Of a stretch of 63,297 bases of DNA, positions 45,924 to 55,350 are shown one piece after another; positions within the stretch are counted from its first letter, which is position 1; each line of letters begins with the position of its first letter. Origin of the DNA: Anaerolineaceae bacterium UBA5311 (GTDB lineage: Bacteria; Chloroflexota; Anaerolineae; Anaerolineales; Anaerolineaceae); the NCBI GenBank assembly GCA_002411175.1, contig DHRN01000039.1:1-63297 (forward strand), written 5' to 3'. A program made the position numbers and the translations under genes. The notes under the pieces were generated by a model. That model did not search any database. It worked only from the letters and a program-made list of their open reading frames with translations, and had not been told where the DNA came from.

Positions 45924-47393
45924 CTAAAGCTGCACTCCTGCTTTGTGGTTGAATTCTTCGATCAGGGCATCAATTTCCGGTTGTTGAGTTTGTATCCCGG
46001 TCCAATAATCCGGATCGTACCATTGTGCCATGATTTCTTCGTAGGTTTTGCCCTGCTGTTCGACCCAGGTATAGTATTTCAGGTTGTGGATGCGTTTTCG
46101 GTCTTTGTAACCGAGCTCTTGCATGAAATCTATGCCCTGTCCTTTGAGATAGCGGGCATCATCGGCAAGCGCGTGATCTCGTTGATACTCGCCAAATTCA
46201 TCATGCATTTCGACCATGCGGCTTTGATACAGTTCCATGGAATCGGTCAGTAATGTCAGAACGACATCTTCGCTGGTAAGTTCGTTATACTTCGCAAATT
46301 TGATCGCGGAGAGAACATTGGCAATGCTTGAAAAACCGAGCAGGTCGAGGTTTTGAACCAGGGTTTCGTCCACACCAGATTGAACCAGGTAATCTTTCCC
46401 TGCTTCTTCGTTGAAAAGACGGGCGAGGCGGACGACGGCGTTGTCATCAATGGCGGTAACAAAGTCTGTATTTTTGACATTATGTACCCAGGGAACATGT
46501 TTGTCGCCAATTCCCTCGATACGATGAGCGCCGAAGCCATTCTCGAGTAGTGTCGGGCATTGTTCAGCTTCACTGGCGATAATTTTGCTGTATGGGAAAA
46601 TCTGCTTCAGATAATCTCCGGCAGCGATTGTGCCGGCTGAACCAGTGGAAGAAGTGAATCCAGCCATGCGGTCGCGGGGACCCATAACCTTCAGGGCGAC
46701 TTGTTCGAGAGCATTGCCAGTCAGGGTATAGTGCCAGAGGTAATTGCCAAACTCTTCGAACTGGTTAAAGATCATCAAATCCTGACCGCTGTGTCGCAGC
46801 TCCCAGCATTTGTCGAAGATTTCTTTGACGTTTGACTCAGTACCAGGTGTGGCGATTACTTCATCCGCGACAGTTCTCAGCCAGTCGAAGCGTTCCTTAC
46901 TCATGCCTTCGGGCAAAATCGCGATTGATTTACAGCCTAACAGCATGGAATCATAAGCGCCACCACGGCAATAATTGCCGGTCGAGGGCCAGACCGCTTT
47001 TTGGGTGGTCGGGTCGAATTGACCGGTTACCAACCTGGGAACCAGGCAGCCAAAAGCCGCACCGACCTTGTGGACACCTGTGGGGAACCATTTTCCAACC
47101 AGGGCGACGATCCGGGCGTCAACGCCGGTTAACTCCTTGGGAAATTCCAGGTAATTAACCTCACCGAATAACCCACCATATTCCCTGGGCTCGTTGTGCC
47201 AGGTGATGCGAAACAGATTGAGTGGGTGCAGGTCCCATAAGCCGATGCCCTTGAGGCGTTCCTGGATGTCAACAGGAACGAGACTGGGGTCTTTCTGTTG
47301 AGCAAAAGTGGGGATGATGAACTTCTTCTCGCGAACGCGTTCGAGCGTTCGTTCCAGGCGGTCGTGCATGATTGTGAGGTCAATTTTGGTCAT
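45924..47393 (-). CDS. Fold-type II (PALP) PLP-dependent enzyme, long 489-aa form
   Basis: PTGVHKVGAA (candidate PLP lysine) and STGNYCRGGA are cysteine-synthase-like blocks, with N- and C-terminal extensions. Confidence 0.65.
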   Translation of the reverse strand: MTKIDLTIMHDRLERTLERVREKKFIIPTFAQQKDPSLVPVDIQERLKGIGLWDLHPLNLFRITWHNEPREYGGLFGEVNYLEFPKELTGVDARIVALVGKWFPTGVHKVGAAFGCLVPRLVTGQFDPTTQKAVWPSTGNYCRGGAYDSMLLGCKSIAILPEGMSKERFDWLRTVADEVIATPGTESNVKEIFDKCWELRHSGQDLMIFNQFEEFGNYLWHYTLTGNALEQVALKVMGPRDRMAGFTSSTGSAGTIAAGDYLKQIFPYSKIIASEAEQCPTLLENGFGAHRIEGIGDKHVPWVHNVKNTDFVTAIDDNAVVRLARLFNEEAGKDYLVQSGVDETLVQNLDLLGFSSIANVLSAIKFAKYNELTSEDVVLTLLTDSMELYQSRMVEMHDEFGEYQRDHALADDARYLKGQGIDFMQELGYKDRKRIHNLKYYTWVEQQGKTYEEIMAQWYDPDYWTGIQTQQPEIDALIEEFNHKAGVQL

Positions 47394-47410
47394 GGTGCTT
47401 CCTTCAAATC

Positions 47411-48379
47411 TTATTTTTTAGGTCGATCAAGTCGAGTCGGGTCAAGCGAGTCGCCCGGACCTTCAGCAACGATGTAGAGTGGTCTGCCCTTGGCTTCGTC
47501 ATAGAGGCGTCCAATATATTCCCCGAGGATGCCCATCCCAACCAGGAGGATGCCGGAGAGGAAAATCAGCGTCAGCCAGGTAGCAAGCACGTAGGTGAGA
47601 TCAATTTTGTTGGCAATTGCCAAAATCAAGTAGATTACTAATAAGACCAGGCTCAATCCGACGAGAATAATACCGCTGGTTGTGATCAGTTTTAGCGGAT
47701 AAGTTGAGAATCCGGTGATGGCATTAAGGGCGAGCTGCATCATTTTTCTGAGGGGGTAATGGGTTTCACCGGCGTGTCGGGCATGGCGTTTGTATTCCAC
47801 ACCTATTTGTTTGAAACCGACCCAGGCACCCATGCCACGCAAAAAGCGGTTGCGCTCACGCATATTGTTCATGATATTGAGGGCTTTGCGATCAATCAGG
47901 CGAAAATCTCCGGTGTTGAGGGGAATTTTCACATCAGTGATCTTAAAAATCAGCTTGTAAAAGAGCGAGGCAGTGGTCAGCTTAAACCAGCTTTCGCCTT
48001 CCCGTTCGGAGCGAACCGCATAGACGATCTGGTAACCTTCCCGCCATTTTTCGATCAAATCGAGGATTACTTCAGGTGGGTCCTGCAAGTCGGCATCGAT
48101 TATGGTGACTGCCTGCCCGCGGCTATAATCCATGCCGGCGGTAACGGCGATTTGGTGTCCGAAGTTTCGGGCAAAAATGACCGGTCGCACGCGTTCGTCC
48201 TGGGCTGCGAGGTCGCGGATGATATCAGTTGAACCATCCGTGCTTCCGTCATCCACGAGAATAAGCTCCCAGGCTTCACCGGTTTGATCCATTACTTCTT
48301 TAACCCGCGAATACAACAGGGGCAGGTTCTCCAGTTCGTTGTAGATGGGAGCGATCACCGTAAATGTGGGCTCAGACAT
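47411..48379 (-). CDS. GT2 polyprenyl-phosphate glycosyltransferase (ArnC/DPM1-like) with C-terminal TM helices
   Basis: VIAPIYNELENL, LVDDGSTDGS, IDADLQDPP. ATG 48379 (MSEPTF...) is more likely than the ORF maximum 48469. Confidence 0.85.
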   Translation of the reverse strand: MSEPTFTVIAPIYNELENLPLLYSRVKEVMDQTGEAWELILVDDGSTDGSTDIIRDLAAQDERVRPVIFARNFGHQIAVTAGMDYSRGQAVTIIDADLQDPPEVILDLIEKWREGYQIVYAVRSEREGESWFKLTTASLFYKLIFKITDVKIPLNTGDFRLIDRKALNIMNNMRERNRFLRGMGAWVGFKQIGVEYKRHARHAGETHYPLRKMMQLALNAITGFSTYPLKLITTSGIILVGLSLVLLVIYLILAIANKIDLTYVLATWLTLIFLSGILLVGMGILGEYIGRLYDEAKGRPLYIVAEGPGDSLDPTRLDRPKK

Positions 48380-49613
48380 GTAAGACCTCCTTGAGACCGG
48401 ATAATGTGGGTTCGATAATTGGCGCAACCTGGACAGCGCGCATGGCAGCGTTGATGTCTTTGAGACCACTCCCCGTTGCCAAAACCAGGACCGGGGAATC
48501 GGGGTCGATCATCTTATTATCCAGGGCTTTGACCAGCCCTGCGTAAGCTGCCGAAGCAGCTGGTTCAACGAACACTCCTGTGCTGCCCAAAACCGGGATG
48601 GCAGAGAGAATTTCATTGTCGCTGACGGTTAGGAAAAAGCCTTTGCTTTCCCGCACGCGTTTGAGCGCGCGATAACCGTCGCCGGGGAAATCCACGCAGA
48701 TGCTGTCAGCAACGGTTTGGGCGTTAACAGGTTCGATCGTTTCAGCGTTCTTGAGGAAAGCATTGTAAACTGCCGCGGAACCTTCAGCCTGGACACCGAC
48801 AAGGCGTGGAAGCCGCTTTATCCAGCCTAATGCGAGCAGATCCAGAAAGCCTTTCGCGATACCGGAGAGGATATTGCCATCTCCAACCGGGATAAAAACT
48901 GACAGCTGTTCATCAGGGGGTAAAAACCGTAAAACCTGTTCCCAAATTTCCAGTCCGGCGGTCTTTTTTCCTTCAACGGTAAAGGGATTGTAACCAGTAT
49001 TGCGGTTGTACCAGCCAAATTCCTGCGAGGCATCAAGGCTAAGCCTGCAGGCATCGTCGTAATTGCCTTCTACGAGGAGGACTTCTGCTCCAAAATTGAG
49101 TAATTGGGCAATTTTGGCTGGCGGGGCATCCATTGGAGCGAGGATGATCGTTCGTCTGCCAACGCTGGCTGCCATACAAGCCATTGCCGCTCCGGCGTTG
49201 CCGGTTGAAGCGCAAATTGTAGTGTCAATGTTTTGTTCGATTGCCCGGGTGATCACGATCGCGCTGGCACGGTCTTTGAAGGATTCGCTGGGATTGTAAC
49301 TTTCATCCTTGACATATAGCTTCCTTAAGCCCAGCTTTTCCCGCAGGTTTTCAGGTTGAAATATCGGGGTGAACCCGACCTGATGAAGGGGGGTATGTTC
49401 AAAACCGGGGTCGTTCACTGGCAGCAGGGGCGTATAGCGCCAAATTGATGCCTGTTTGCTTTCGATGATGGACGCGGGGTCTACTTCGGAAGGGTTTTCC
49501 TCGAAGGTAAAATGTGTGTCGAGATTCCCACCGCAAATCGGGCAGTTATAAGTGACCTCACCAGGTGCGTAATTCTGCCCACATTGAGAACATTGAAAAT
49601 AGCTTATCGACAT
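48372..49613 (-). CDS. Threonine-synthase-like PLP enzyme with N-terminal zinc ribbon
   Basis: CSQCG...CPICG ribbon, SFKDR PLP-lysine motif, STGNAGAA. ATG 49613 (MSISYFQC...). Confidence 0.8.
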   Translation of the reverse strand: MSISYFQCSQCGQNYAPGEVTYNCPICGGNLDTHFTFEENPSEVDPASIIESKQASIWRYTPLLPVNDPGFEHTPLHQVGFTPIFQPENLREKLGLRKLYVKDESYNPSESFKDRASAIVITRAIEQNIDTTICASTGNAGAAMACMAASVGRRTIILAPMDAPPAKIAQLLNFGAEVLLVEGNYDDACRLSLDASQEFGWYNRNTGYNPFTVEGKKTAGLEIWEQVLRFLPPDEQLSVFIPVGDGNILSGIAKGFLDLLALGWIKRLPRLVGVQAEGSAAVYNAFLKNAETIEPVNAQTVADSICVDFPGDGYRALKRVRESKGFFLTVSDNEILSAIPVLGSTGVFVEPAASAAYAGLVKALDNKMIDPDSPVLVLATGSGLKDINAAMRAVQVAPIIEPTLSGLKEVLHV

Positions 49614-49717
49614 TTGATTCCTCAGACGAAGGATGCGCACATGCTGCCCGCTTAACGCGGGCATTCACCAGGCAAGAACCTTTGTCAATCTTGCTCTATT
49701 TTACTGTAATCCGAATC

Positions 49718-50668
49718 TTACGGCACAATCCAGGTGCCGGTTTTTCCATCCAGGGCATCCTTAATGTGGGCGGGGTCTGTAATCAGCGCTTTTTTGTTTC
49801 TGCTGCCATTCATGAATTTCAAAATTGCTTCCATTTTGGGGAGCATGGAGCCTTTGGCAAATTGCCCTTCCGCGATATATTGTTCTGCCTGGGCAACAGT
49901 AATTTCATCAAGCCATTTTTGATCGGGCTTGTTGAAATTGACCGCTACTTTTTCGACTGCTGTGCTGATCAGGAAGAGGTCTGCATCAATCATGCTGGCA
50001 AGGATTGCTGAGCCAAAGTCCTTGTCAATTACGGCTTCCACACCGATCAGGCTGCCGTCTTCGCGCTGCATCACCGGGATGCCGCCGCCACCGACCGCGA
50101 CAACCACAAAACCGTTGTCGATCAGGGTGCGGATCGCCTCGGCTTCGACGATGGTTTGGGGAATCGGGGAAGGTACCACACGCCGCCAACCGCGACCGGC
50201 ATCTTCAACGACGACCCAGCCGTCTTTCTCGCGTTTTTCCATTGCCAGGGTTTCATCCATAAATGAGCCGATTGGCTTGGTTGGGTTTTTGAAGGCGGGA
50301 TCGTTGGAATCTACAATCGTCTGGGTGACAACCGTAGCGGCAAGTTTTTCGATGCCGCGTTCCTTGAACTCGTTGAATAATGCCTGCTGGAACATATAAC
50401 CAATAGAGCCTTGTGTGTCTGCGCCACAATAATCGAGTGGCACTTCGTGCAGTTCGTGCGATGCAAGCTCTGAACGGCGTAAGATGAAACCGACCTGGGG
50501 ACCATTCCCGTGGGTGATGACAACATCCCAGCCATCTATGATCATGTCGGCGATATGTTTCATTGTTTTTACCGCGGCATCGAATTGGTCTGGCACTGAT
50601 TGATGGTACTTGTCCAAAATGAGTGCGTTTCCTCCAACTGCTACAACGGCTAAACCTTTTTTCTGCAT
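49718..50668 (-). CDS. arcC: Carbamate kinase
   Basis: VVAVGGNAL, THGNGPQVG, VAVGGGGIPV. Confidence 0.9.
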   Translation of the reverse strand: MQKKGLAVVAVGGNALILDKYHQSVPDQFDAAVKTMKHIADMIIDGWDVVITHGNGPQVGFILRRSELASHELHEVPLDYCGADTQGSIGYMFQQALFNEFKERGIEKLAATVVTQTIVDSNDPAFKNPTKPIGSFMDETLAMEKREKDGWVVVEDAGRGWRRVVPSPIPQTIVEAEAIRTLIDNGFVVVAVGGGGIPVMQREDGSLIGVEAVIDKDFGSAILASMIDADLFLISTAVEKVAVNFNKPDQKWLDEITVAQAEQYIAEGQFAKGSMLPKMEAILKFMNGSRNKKALITDPAHIKDALDGKTGTWIVP

Positions 50669-50696
50669 TGATTATTCTCCTGGTTTATGTATAAGG

Positions 50697-52088
50697 TTAG
50701 TTATTAATTTGTACAAGGCGCTGCGACGCGGCGTTGTGAGCGCGGGCATGTGCCAGTGTATCGAATTTTGTAAAGACGCCTTGACGGACAATTATGTCTC
50801 CGCCAACCACGGTGTAGTCTGCCTTGACCGGCGCGCAAAAAACAATCGCGGCGACCGGGTCCTGCAGTGCGCCGGCATAATCGAGCTTGTTCAGGTCGAT
50901 CGCGAAGAAATCGGCGCACTTGCCAACTTCCAGGCTGCCGATGTCGGTGCGACCAAGCACTGATGCTCCACCGCGTGTGGCGATCGAGAGCGCTTGCCGT
51001 GCTGTCATCAAGGGAGGGGCATCGGGAGCGGAACGAGAAGCACCCTTGATGCCGCTGTTGAGCCGTGCCAGCAGCATCGCCTGCCGCACCTCGTTGAGCA
51101 TATGCGAGCTGTCGTTGCTGGCGGAACCATCCACACCCAAACCGAGTTTAATGCCTTTACCAAGCATGGACATAACCGGAGCGATGCCGGATGCCAGGCG
51201 CATGTTGGAGGATGGGCAGTGGGCCACGCCGCAGCCATGCTGCGCGTAGAGGTCTGTTTCAGCATCGTTGACCCATACAGAATGGGCAAACCAGACATCG
51301 TCCCCAATCCAGTCGACCGTTTGCATGTAGGCAACCGGTTTGTGTCCGAATTTTTCGAGGCAAAAGTCGTCTTCATCTTCAGTTTCCGCGAGATGAGTGT
51401 GCAGGTGGACGTTGTATTTGCGAGCCATGATGGCGGATTCGCACATCAACTCGGTGGATACGCTGAAAGGAGAACAGGGCGCTAAAACGATATGGAGTTT
51501 TGATCCAGGGGACGGGTCGTGATAGCGCTGGATCAACCTTTCGCTGTCTTTGAGAATCGATTCTTCGCTGTCGACTACGCTGTCTGGCGGCAATCCGCCC
51601 TGGGACTCACCCAGGCTCATTGAGCCACGTGATGCGTGTAGCCGAAGCCCTGTCGTGGCAGCGCCTTCGATTTCATCATCCAGCCGGCTGCCGTTTGGGA
51701 AGAGGTAGAGGTGGTCTGATGCGGTCGTGCAACCCGAGAGAGCCAGCTCTGCCAGGGCGGTTTGAGTGCTCAGGTAGATGTCCTCAGGGGTCATTCGAGC
51801 CCAGATGGGATAAAGCGTTTTCAACCAGTTGAAAAGGTTGGCATTTTGAGCGCCGGGGAGCGCGCGGGTAAGCGTTTGATAGAAATGATGATGGGTGTTG
51901 ATCATGCCGGGCAGAACGATGTGATCGCGCAAATCCAGCACTTCATCAGCTTCCTGGGGCAGCTCAGCAGCCGGACCGATCTGCTCGATAAAGCCGTCAC
52001 GGCAGAAAATGGCAGTATCGGTAAGCTCCCGGTCTGCTTTATCCATGGTGACGATGATGGCAGCGTTTTTAATCAGCAAAGTCGACAT
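50697..52088 (-). CDS. Amidohydrolase-superfamily nucleobase deaminase (8-oxoguanine deaminase/SsnA/TrzA-like)
   Basis: PGMINTHHHFYQ, HLAETEDE, GVAHCPSSN, GVDGSASND. Confidence 0.8.
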   Translation of the reverse strand: MSTLLIKNAAIIVTMDKADRELTDTAIFCRDGFIEQIGPAAELPQEADEVLDLRDHIVLPGMINTHHHFYQTLTRALPGAQNANLFNWLKTLYPIWARMTPEDIYLSTQTALAELALSGCTTASDHLYLFPNGSRLDDEIEGAATTGLRLHASRGSMSLGESQGGLPPDSVVDSEESILKDSERLIQRYHDPSPGSKLHIVLAPCSPFSVSTELMCESAIMARKYNVHLHTHLAETEDEDDFCLEKFGHKPVAYMQTVDWIGDDVWFAHSVWVNDAETDLYAQHGCGVAHCPSSNMRLASGIAPVMSMLGKGIKLGLGVDGSASNDSSHMLNEVRQAMLLARLNSGIKGASRSAPDAPPLMTARQALSIATRGGASVLGRTDIGSLEVGKCADFFAIDLNKLDYAGALQDPVAAIVFCAPVKADYTVVGGDIIVRQGVFTKFDTLAHARAHNAASQRLVQINN

Positions 52089-52109
52089 GGGCCCTCCCTG
52101 TTTTCAGCT

Positions 52110-52991
52110 TTATGCCTGGTCAGCAAGTTCGGCAGCGTGCAAGGTGTTGCGCAATAGCATCGCGATGGTCATCGGTCCGACCCCACCAGGGACGGGTGTG
52201 ATCGCCGCGGCAACTTCGGAAACTTCATCAAAAGCTACATCGCCAACCAGGCGGTAACCGCGTTTGGCAGTGGGGTCTTCCTTTTGGTTGATGCCCACGT
52301 CGATCACGTATGCTCCTGATTTGACCCAGTCCTTTTTGACAAATTCAGGCTGACCGATGGCGGCAATGATGATATCTGCGCTGCGTAAAACGGACGGGAT
52401 GTCTTTTGTTCGTGAATGCACGATAGTGACTGTGGCATTGGCTTTCACCAACAGCAACGCGACCGGCATACCGACGATGTTTGAACGACCGAGCACGACG
52501 GCGTTTGCGCCAGAAATCTGCGCGCCGGCTTCTTCGAGCAGAACCATGCAGCCTGCCGGTGTGCAGGGGACGAACATCGGCTCGCGACCTTTTTGAGCCA
52601 GGCGACCTATGTTCACGGGGTGGAAGCCATCCACGTCTTTTGCCAGGTCGATCGCGGTGAGCACTTTTTCTTCATCAAGATGCCCGGGTAAAGGCAACTG
52701 GACCAGGATGCCGTTGACTTTGGGATCGGCACTCAACTGTCGCACAAGAGATTCGACTTCCTGCTGAGTGCTGTTGGCAGGCAGATTGTGCCCGAAGGAA
52801 TTGATGCCCACCTCAGCGCAGGCTTTTTGTTTATTGCGGACGTAAACCTCGGAAGCCGGGTTGTCACCAACCAAAACTGTTGCCAAACCGGGGGCGGTTT
52901 TACCTTCGGCTGCGCGTTTTTCCACGGCTTGTTTTACTTCAGAACGAATTCGTGCAGCGATTGCTTTTCCATCGATAATTTTTGCTGTCAT
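52110..52991 (-). CDS. folD: Bifunctional methylene-THF dehydrogenase / methenyl-THF cyclohydrolase
   Basis: VGDNPASEVYVRNK, LVQLPLP, GRSNIVGMP, PVPGGVGPMT. Confidence 0.95.
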   Translation of the reverse strand: MTAKIIDGKAIAARIRSEVKQAVEKRAAEGKTAPGLATVLVGDNPASEVYVRNKQKACAEVGINSFGHNLPANSTQQEVESLVRQLSADPKVNGILVQLPLPGHLDEEKVLTAIDLAKDVDGFHPVNIGRLAQKGREPMFVPCTPAGCMVLLEEAGAQISGANAVVLGRSNIVGMPVALLLVKANATVTIVHSRTKDIPSVLRSADIIIAAIGQPEFVKKDWVKSGAYVIDVGINQKEDPTAKRGYRLVGDVAFDEVSEVAAAITPVPGGVGPMTIAMLLRNTLHAAELADQA

Positions 52992-53043
52992 AAAAAAGTA
53001 TCTCCTGCGGTGATTATACCTGAAAGAAGGTTATAATTTTGGC

Positions 53044-53673
53044 ATGTCATCATCTCAGCTTCCATTTATCATCGGGATTGCCGGAGCTTCGGGCTCCGGA
53101 AAAACGACCTTGTCCGAAAGGATCCTCGAAGAAATTGGTCCCGACAATATCGTCTTGCTGCCCCATGACGCCTACTACCGAAACCAGGATCACAAACCTT
53201 TTCAAGAACGGCTGAAGGTCAATTATGACCACCCGGAATCGCTGGAAACAGAATTGTTGATCGAGCATATCCACCAACTTAAGGCGGGAGAGCCTGTGAA
53301 CGCGCCGGTTTACGATTTTGTACATCATACCAGGGCAGAGCAAACCAGGCTGGTTGTACCAAAGAGGTTGGTGATGGTCGAAGGCATCCTGATCTTTGTT
53401 GAAAAGGAGCTCAGGTCGCTTTTTGACATGAAGCTTTTCGTTGATACAGACCAGGATATTTGCTTTATCCGCCGTTTGCAGAGAGACCTGGTGGAACGTG
53501 GGCGTACCATGGAAGCGGTTGTGGATCAGTATCTCAATACGGTCAGACCAAGTTTTCTCGAATTTGTAGAACCTACCAAGCGTTATGCTGATGTGATCAT
53601 CCCCGAAGGCGGGCTAAACCAGGTCGCTTCTGAGATGGTCATCGCCCGGCTTAATAGCCTCATCGATGGTTAG
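53044..53673 (+). CDS. udk: Uridine kinase
   Basis: GASGSGKTT P-loop, NYDHPES. TATAAT 53032-53037 lies 6 nt before the ATG. Confidence 0.9.
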   Translation: MSSSQLPFIIGIAGASGSGKTTLSERILEEIGPDNIVLLPHDAYYRNQDHKPFQERLKVNYDHPESLETELLIEHIHQLKAGEPVNAPVYDFVHHTRAEQTRLVVPKRLVMVEGILIFVEKELRSLFDMKLFVDTDQDICFIRRLQRDLVERGRTMEAVVDQYLNTVRPSFLEFVEPTKRYADVIIPEGGLNQVASEMVIARLNSLIDG

Positions 53674-54223
53674 CACATTGGAAGAAAAGGAGCCTTTCAC
53701 CAGGGGGCAGAAAATTTGGCGATTTGGGCTGCTCGTGATCGTTTTGGCTGTGACGGTGCTGCTGCTTATCTATCGTAAAGAAATCCAGAGCTTTGAAGCT
53801 TACGGTTATCCTGGAATCTTCCTGGTATCGATTTTGACCAACGCCACGGTGTTGATTCCTTTGCCTGGCGTCGTCTTGACAACGGCAATGGGCGCGGTGT
53901 TTGATCCGTTTTGGGTGGCGATAGCTGCAGGTTCAGGGGCGACACTGGGGGAACTTTCTGGATATATGGCTGGGGTTGGCGGGCAGGTTTGGCTGAATAA
54001 CCGGAACTGGTACCTAAGGCTGGAGAATTGGATCGCGAAGTATAACCACTGGCCGATAATTTTGCTGGCGTTTATCCCGAACCCGGTGTTTGACATGGCG
54101 GGGTTTATTGCCGGAGCGGGCAAGATGCCTTTGTGGAAGTTTTTGCTGTTCACGTGGATCGGAAAAATAGCCAAAATGCTCGTTTTTGCATATATAGGGT
54201 CGGGGATTTTTGAGAATTTTTAG
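53666..54223 (+). CDS. DedA/VTT-domain (YqaA-like) membrane protein
   Basis: YGYPGIFLVSILTNATVLIPLPG...GELSGY pattern. 8-nt overlap with udk. Confidence 0.7.
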   Translation: MVSTLEEKEPFTRGQKIWRFGLLVIVLAVTVLLLIYRKEIQSFEAYGYPGIFLVSILTNATVLIPLPGVVLTTAMGAVFDPFWVAIAAGSGATLGELSGYMAGVGGQVWLNNRNWYLRLENWIAKYNHWPIILLAFIPNPVFDMAGFIAGAGKMPLWKFLLFTWIGKIAKMLVFAYIGSGIFENF

Positions 54224-54261
54224 GTTTTTATCGTAATTTGTCGTTATTTGTAATATTGTTG

Positions 54262-54503
54262 TAGTGAACGTGCATTGCGTGTTCCGGCGAAGCCATCTTT
54301 TCGTAGGGAACGTGGCTCGTCCCGTTCCGGCGAAGTCATCTTTTCACAGGGCGAGACGTCTACTCGCGGGACGGCATGGCAACCGTGCCTTACACCACAT
54401 TCGGGATGCGTGGCAATCATCCGCTACGCTTGTGTGCGGATAAAGAAAACATTTTAGGACTTTATGAGAGAAAAAAACTGTACTATTCCATATTGAGAAT
54501 TGC
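54262..54503. repeat. Dispersed modular hairpin repeat, family 2 copy
   Basis: Two gttccggcgaagYcatcttttc modules (54281, 54323), gggacggcatggcaaccgt core, and terminal ttccatattgagaattgcc shared with 59059-59076. Confidence 0.8.
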
Positions 54504-54550
54504 CGGAAGGGTCCACGACCGTTCCTTCATTCGGCTTTATAATCTATTCC

Positions 54551-55270
54551 ATGCAAAATTGGAAAGAGCGCGCAACAATAGAATACGGAATTAATATTTC
54601 CCCATTTCAAGCGGAACAATTTGACATCTACCTGCGTGAATTGTTGGAGTGGAACCAAAAGTTCAACCTGACCGCTATCAGGGATGTGGAAGGAATCCAG
54701 CTAAAGCATTTTCTCGATTCGCTCAGCATTGTCAAGGCTTTCCCCACCGGGTTTATCCCACAAAGCATAATCGATATCGGCACCGGTGCGGGGCTTCCTG
54801 GCATCCCCTTGAAGATCATCTTCCCCGAGACCAAATTGACCCTGGTAGAGTCGGTCAAGAAAAAAGCCAGGTTTTGTGACCACATTGTTGAAGTGCTTGC
54901 ACTTAATGATGTGATTGTCAGCAGCGCCCGGGCGGAAGAAATTGGGCAGGACCCGCCTCACCGCGAGGGGTATCAGCTGGCGCTGGCACGGGCTGTTGCC
55001 AGGATGCCAGTTTTGGTGGAATATCTTCTTCCGTTGGTTAAAGTTGGCGGGCTGGTAGTGATGCAAAAAAGTGCCAGCGCACACGAAGAGGCTGAAGCCA
55101 GTCGGAACGCCATCAGATTGATGGGTGGAAAATTGGTCAGCATCCTGCCGGTTAAGCTGCCAGAAGTAGAAGACGAACGCTATCTGGTGACGCTGGAAAA
55201 AATCAAGCCGACGCCAGCAGAATTTCCCCGCCGGGTAGGGATTCCGACAAAACTCCCGATTCAGAATTAA
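54551..55270 (+). CDS. rsmG: 16S rRNA (guanine527-N7)-methyltransferase
   Basis: WNQKFNLTAI, DIGTGAGLPGIPLKI. ATG 54551 lies 7 nt after TATAAT 54538-54543; the ORF maximum 54500 starts in repeat DNA. Confidence 0.85.
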   Translation: MQNWKERATIEYGINISPFQAEQFDIYLRELLEWNQKFNLTAIRDVEGIQLKHFLDSLSIVKAFPTGFIPQSIIDIGTGAGLPGIPLKIIFPETKLTLVESVKKKARFCDHIVEVLALNDVIVSSARAEEIGQDPPHREGYQLALARAVARMPVLVEYLLPLVKVGGLVVMQKSASAHEEAEASRNAIRLMGGKLVSILPVKLPEVEDERYLVTLEKIKPTPAEFPRRVGIPTKLPIQN

Positions 55271-55350
55271 TCTCATCCGCCTATAGCGTGCGTCCCAAAG
55301 ATTGACTGTAACTTAATTGGAATGTAAACGTTAATTACAATAGTAACAAT

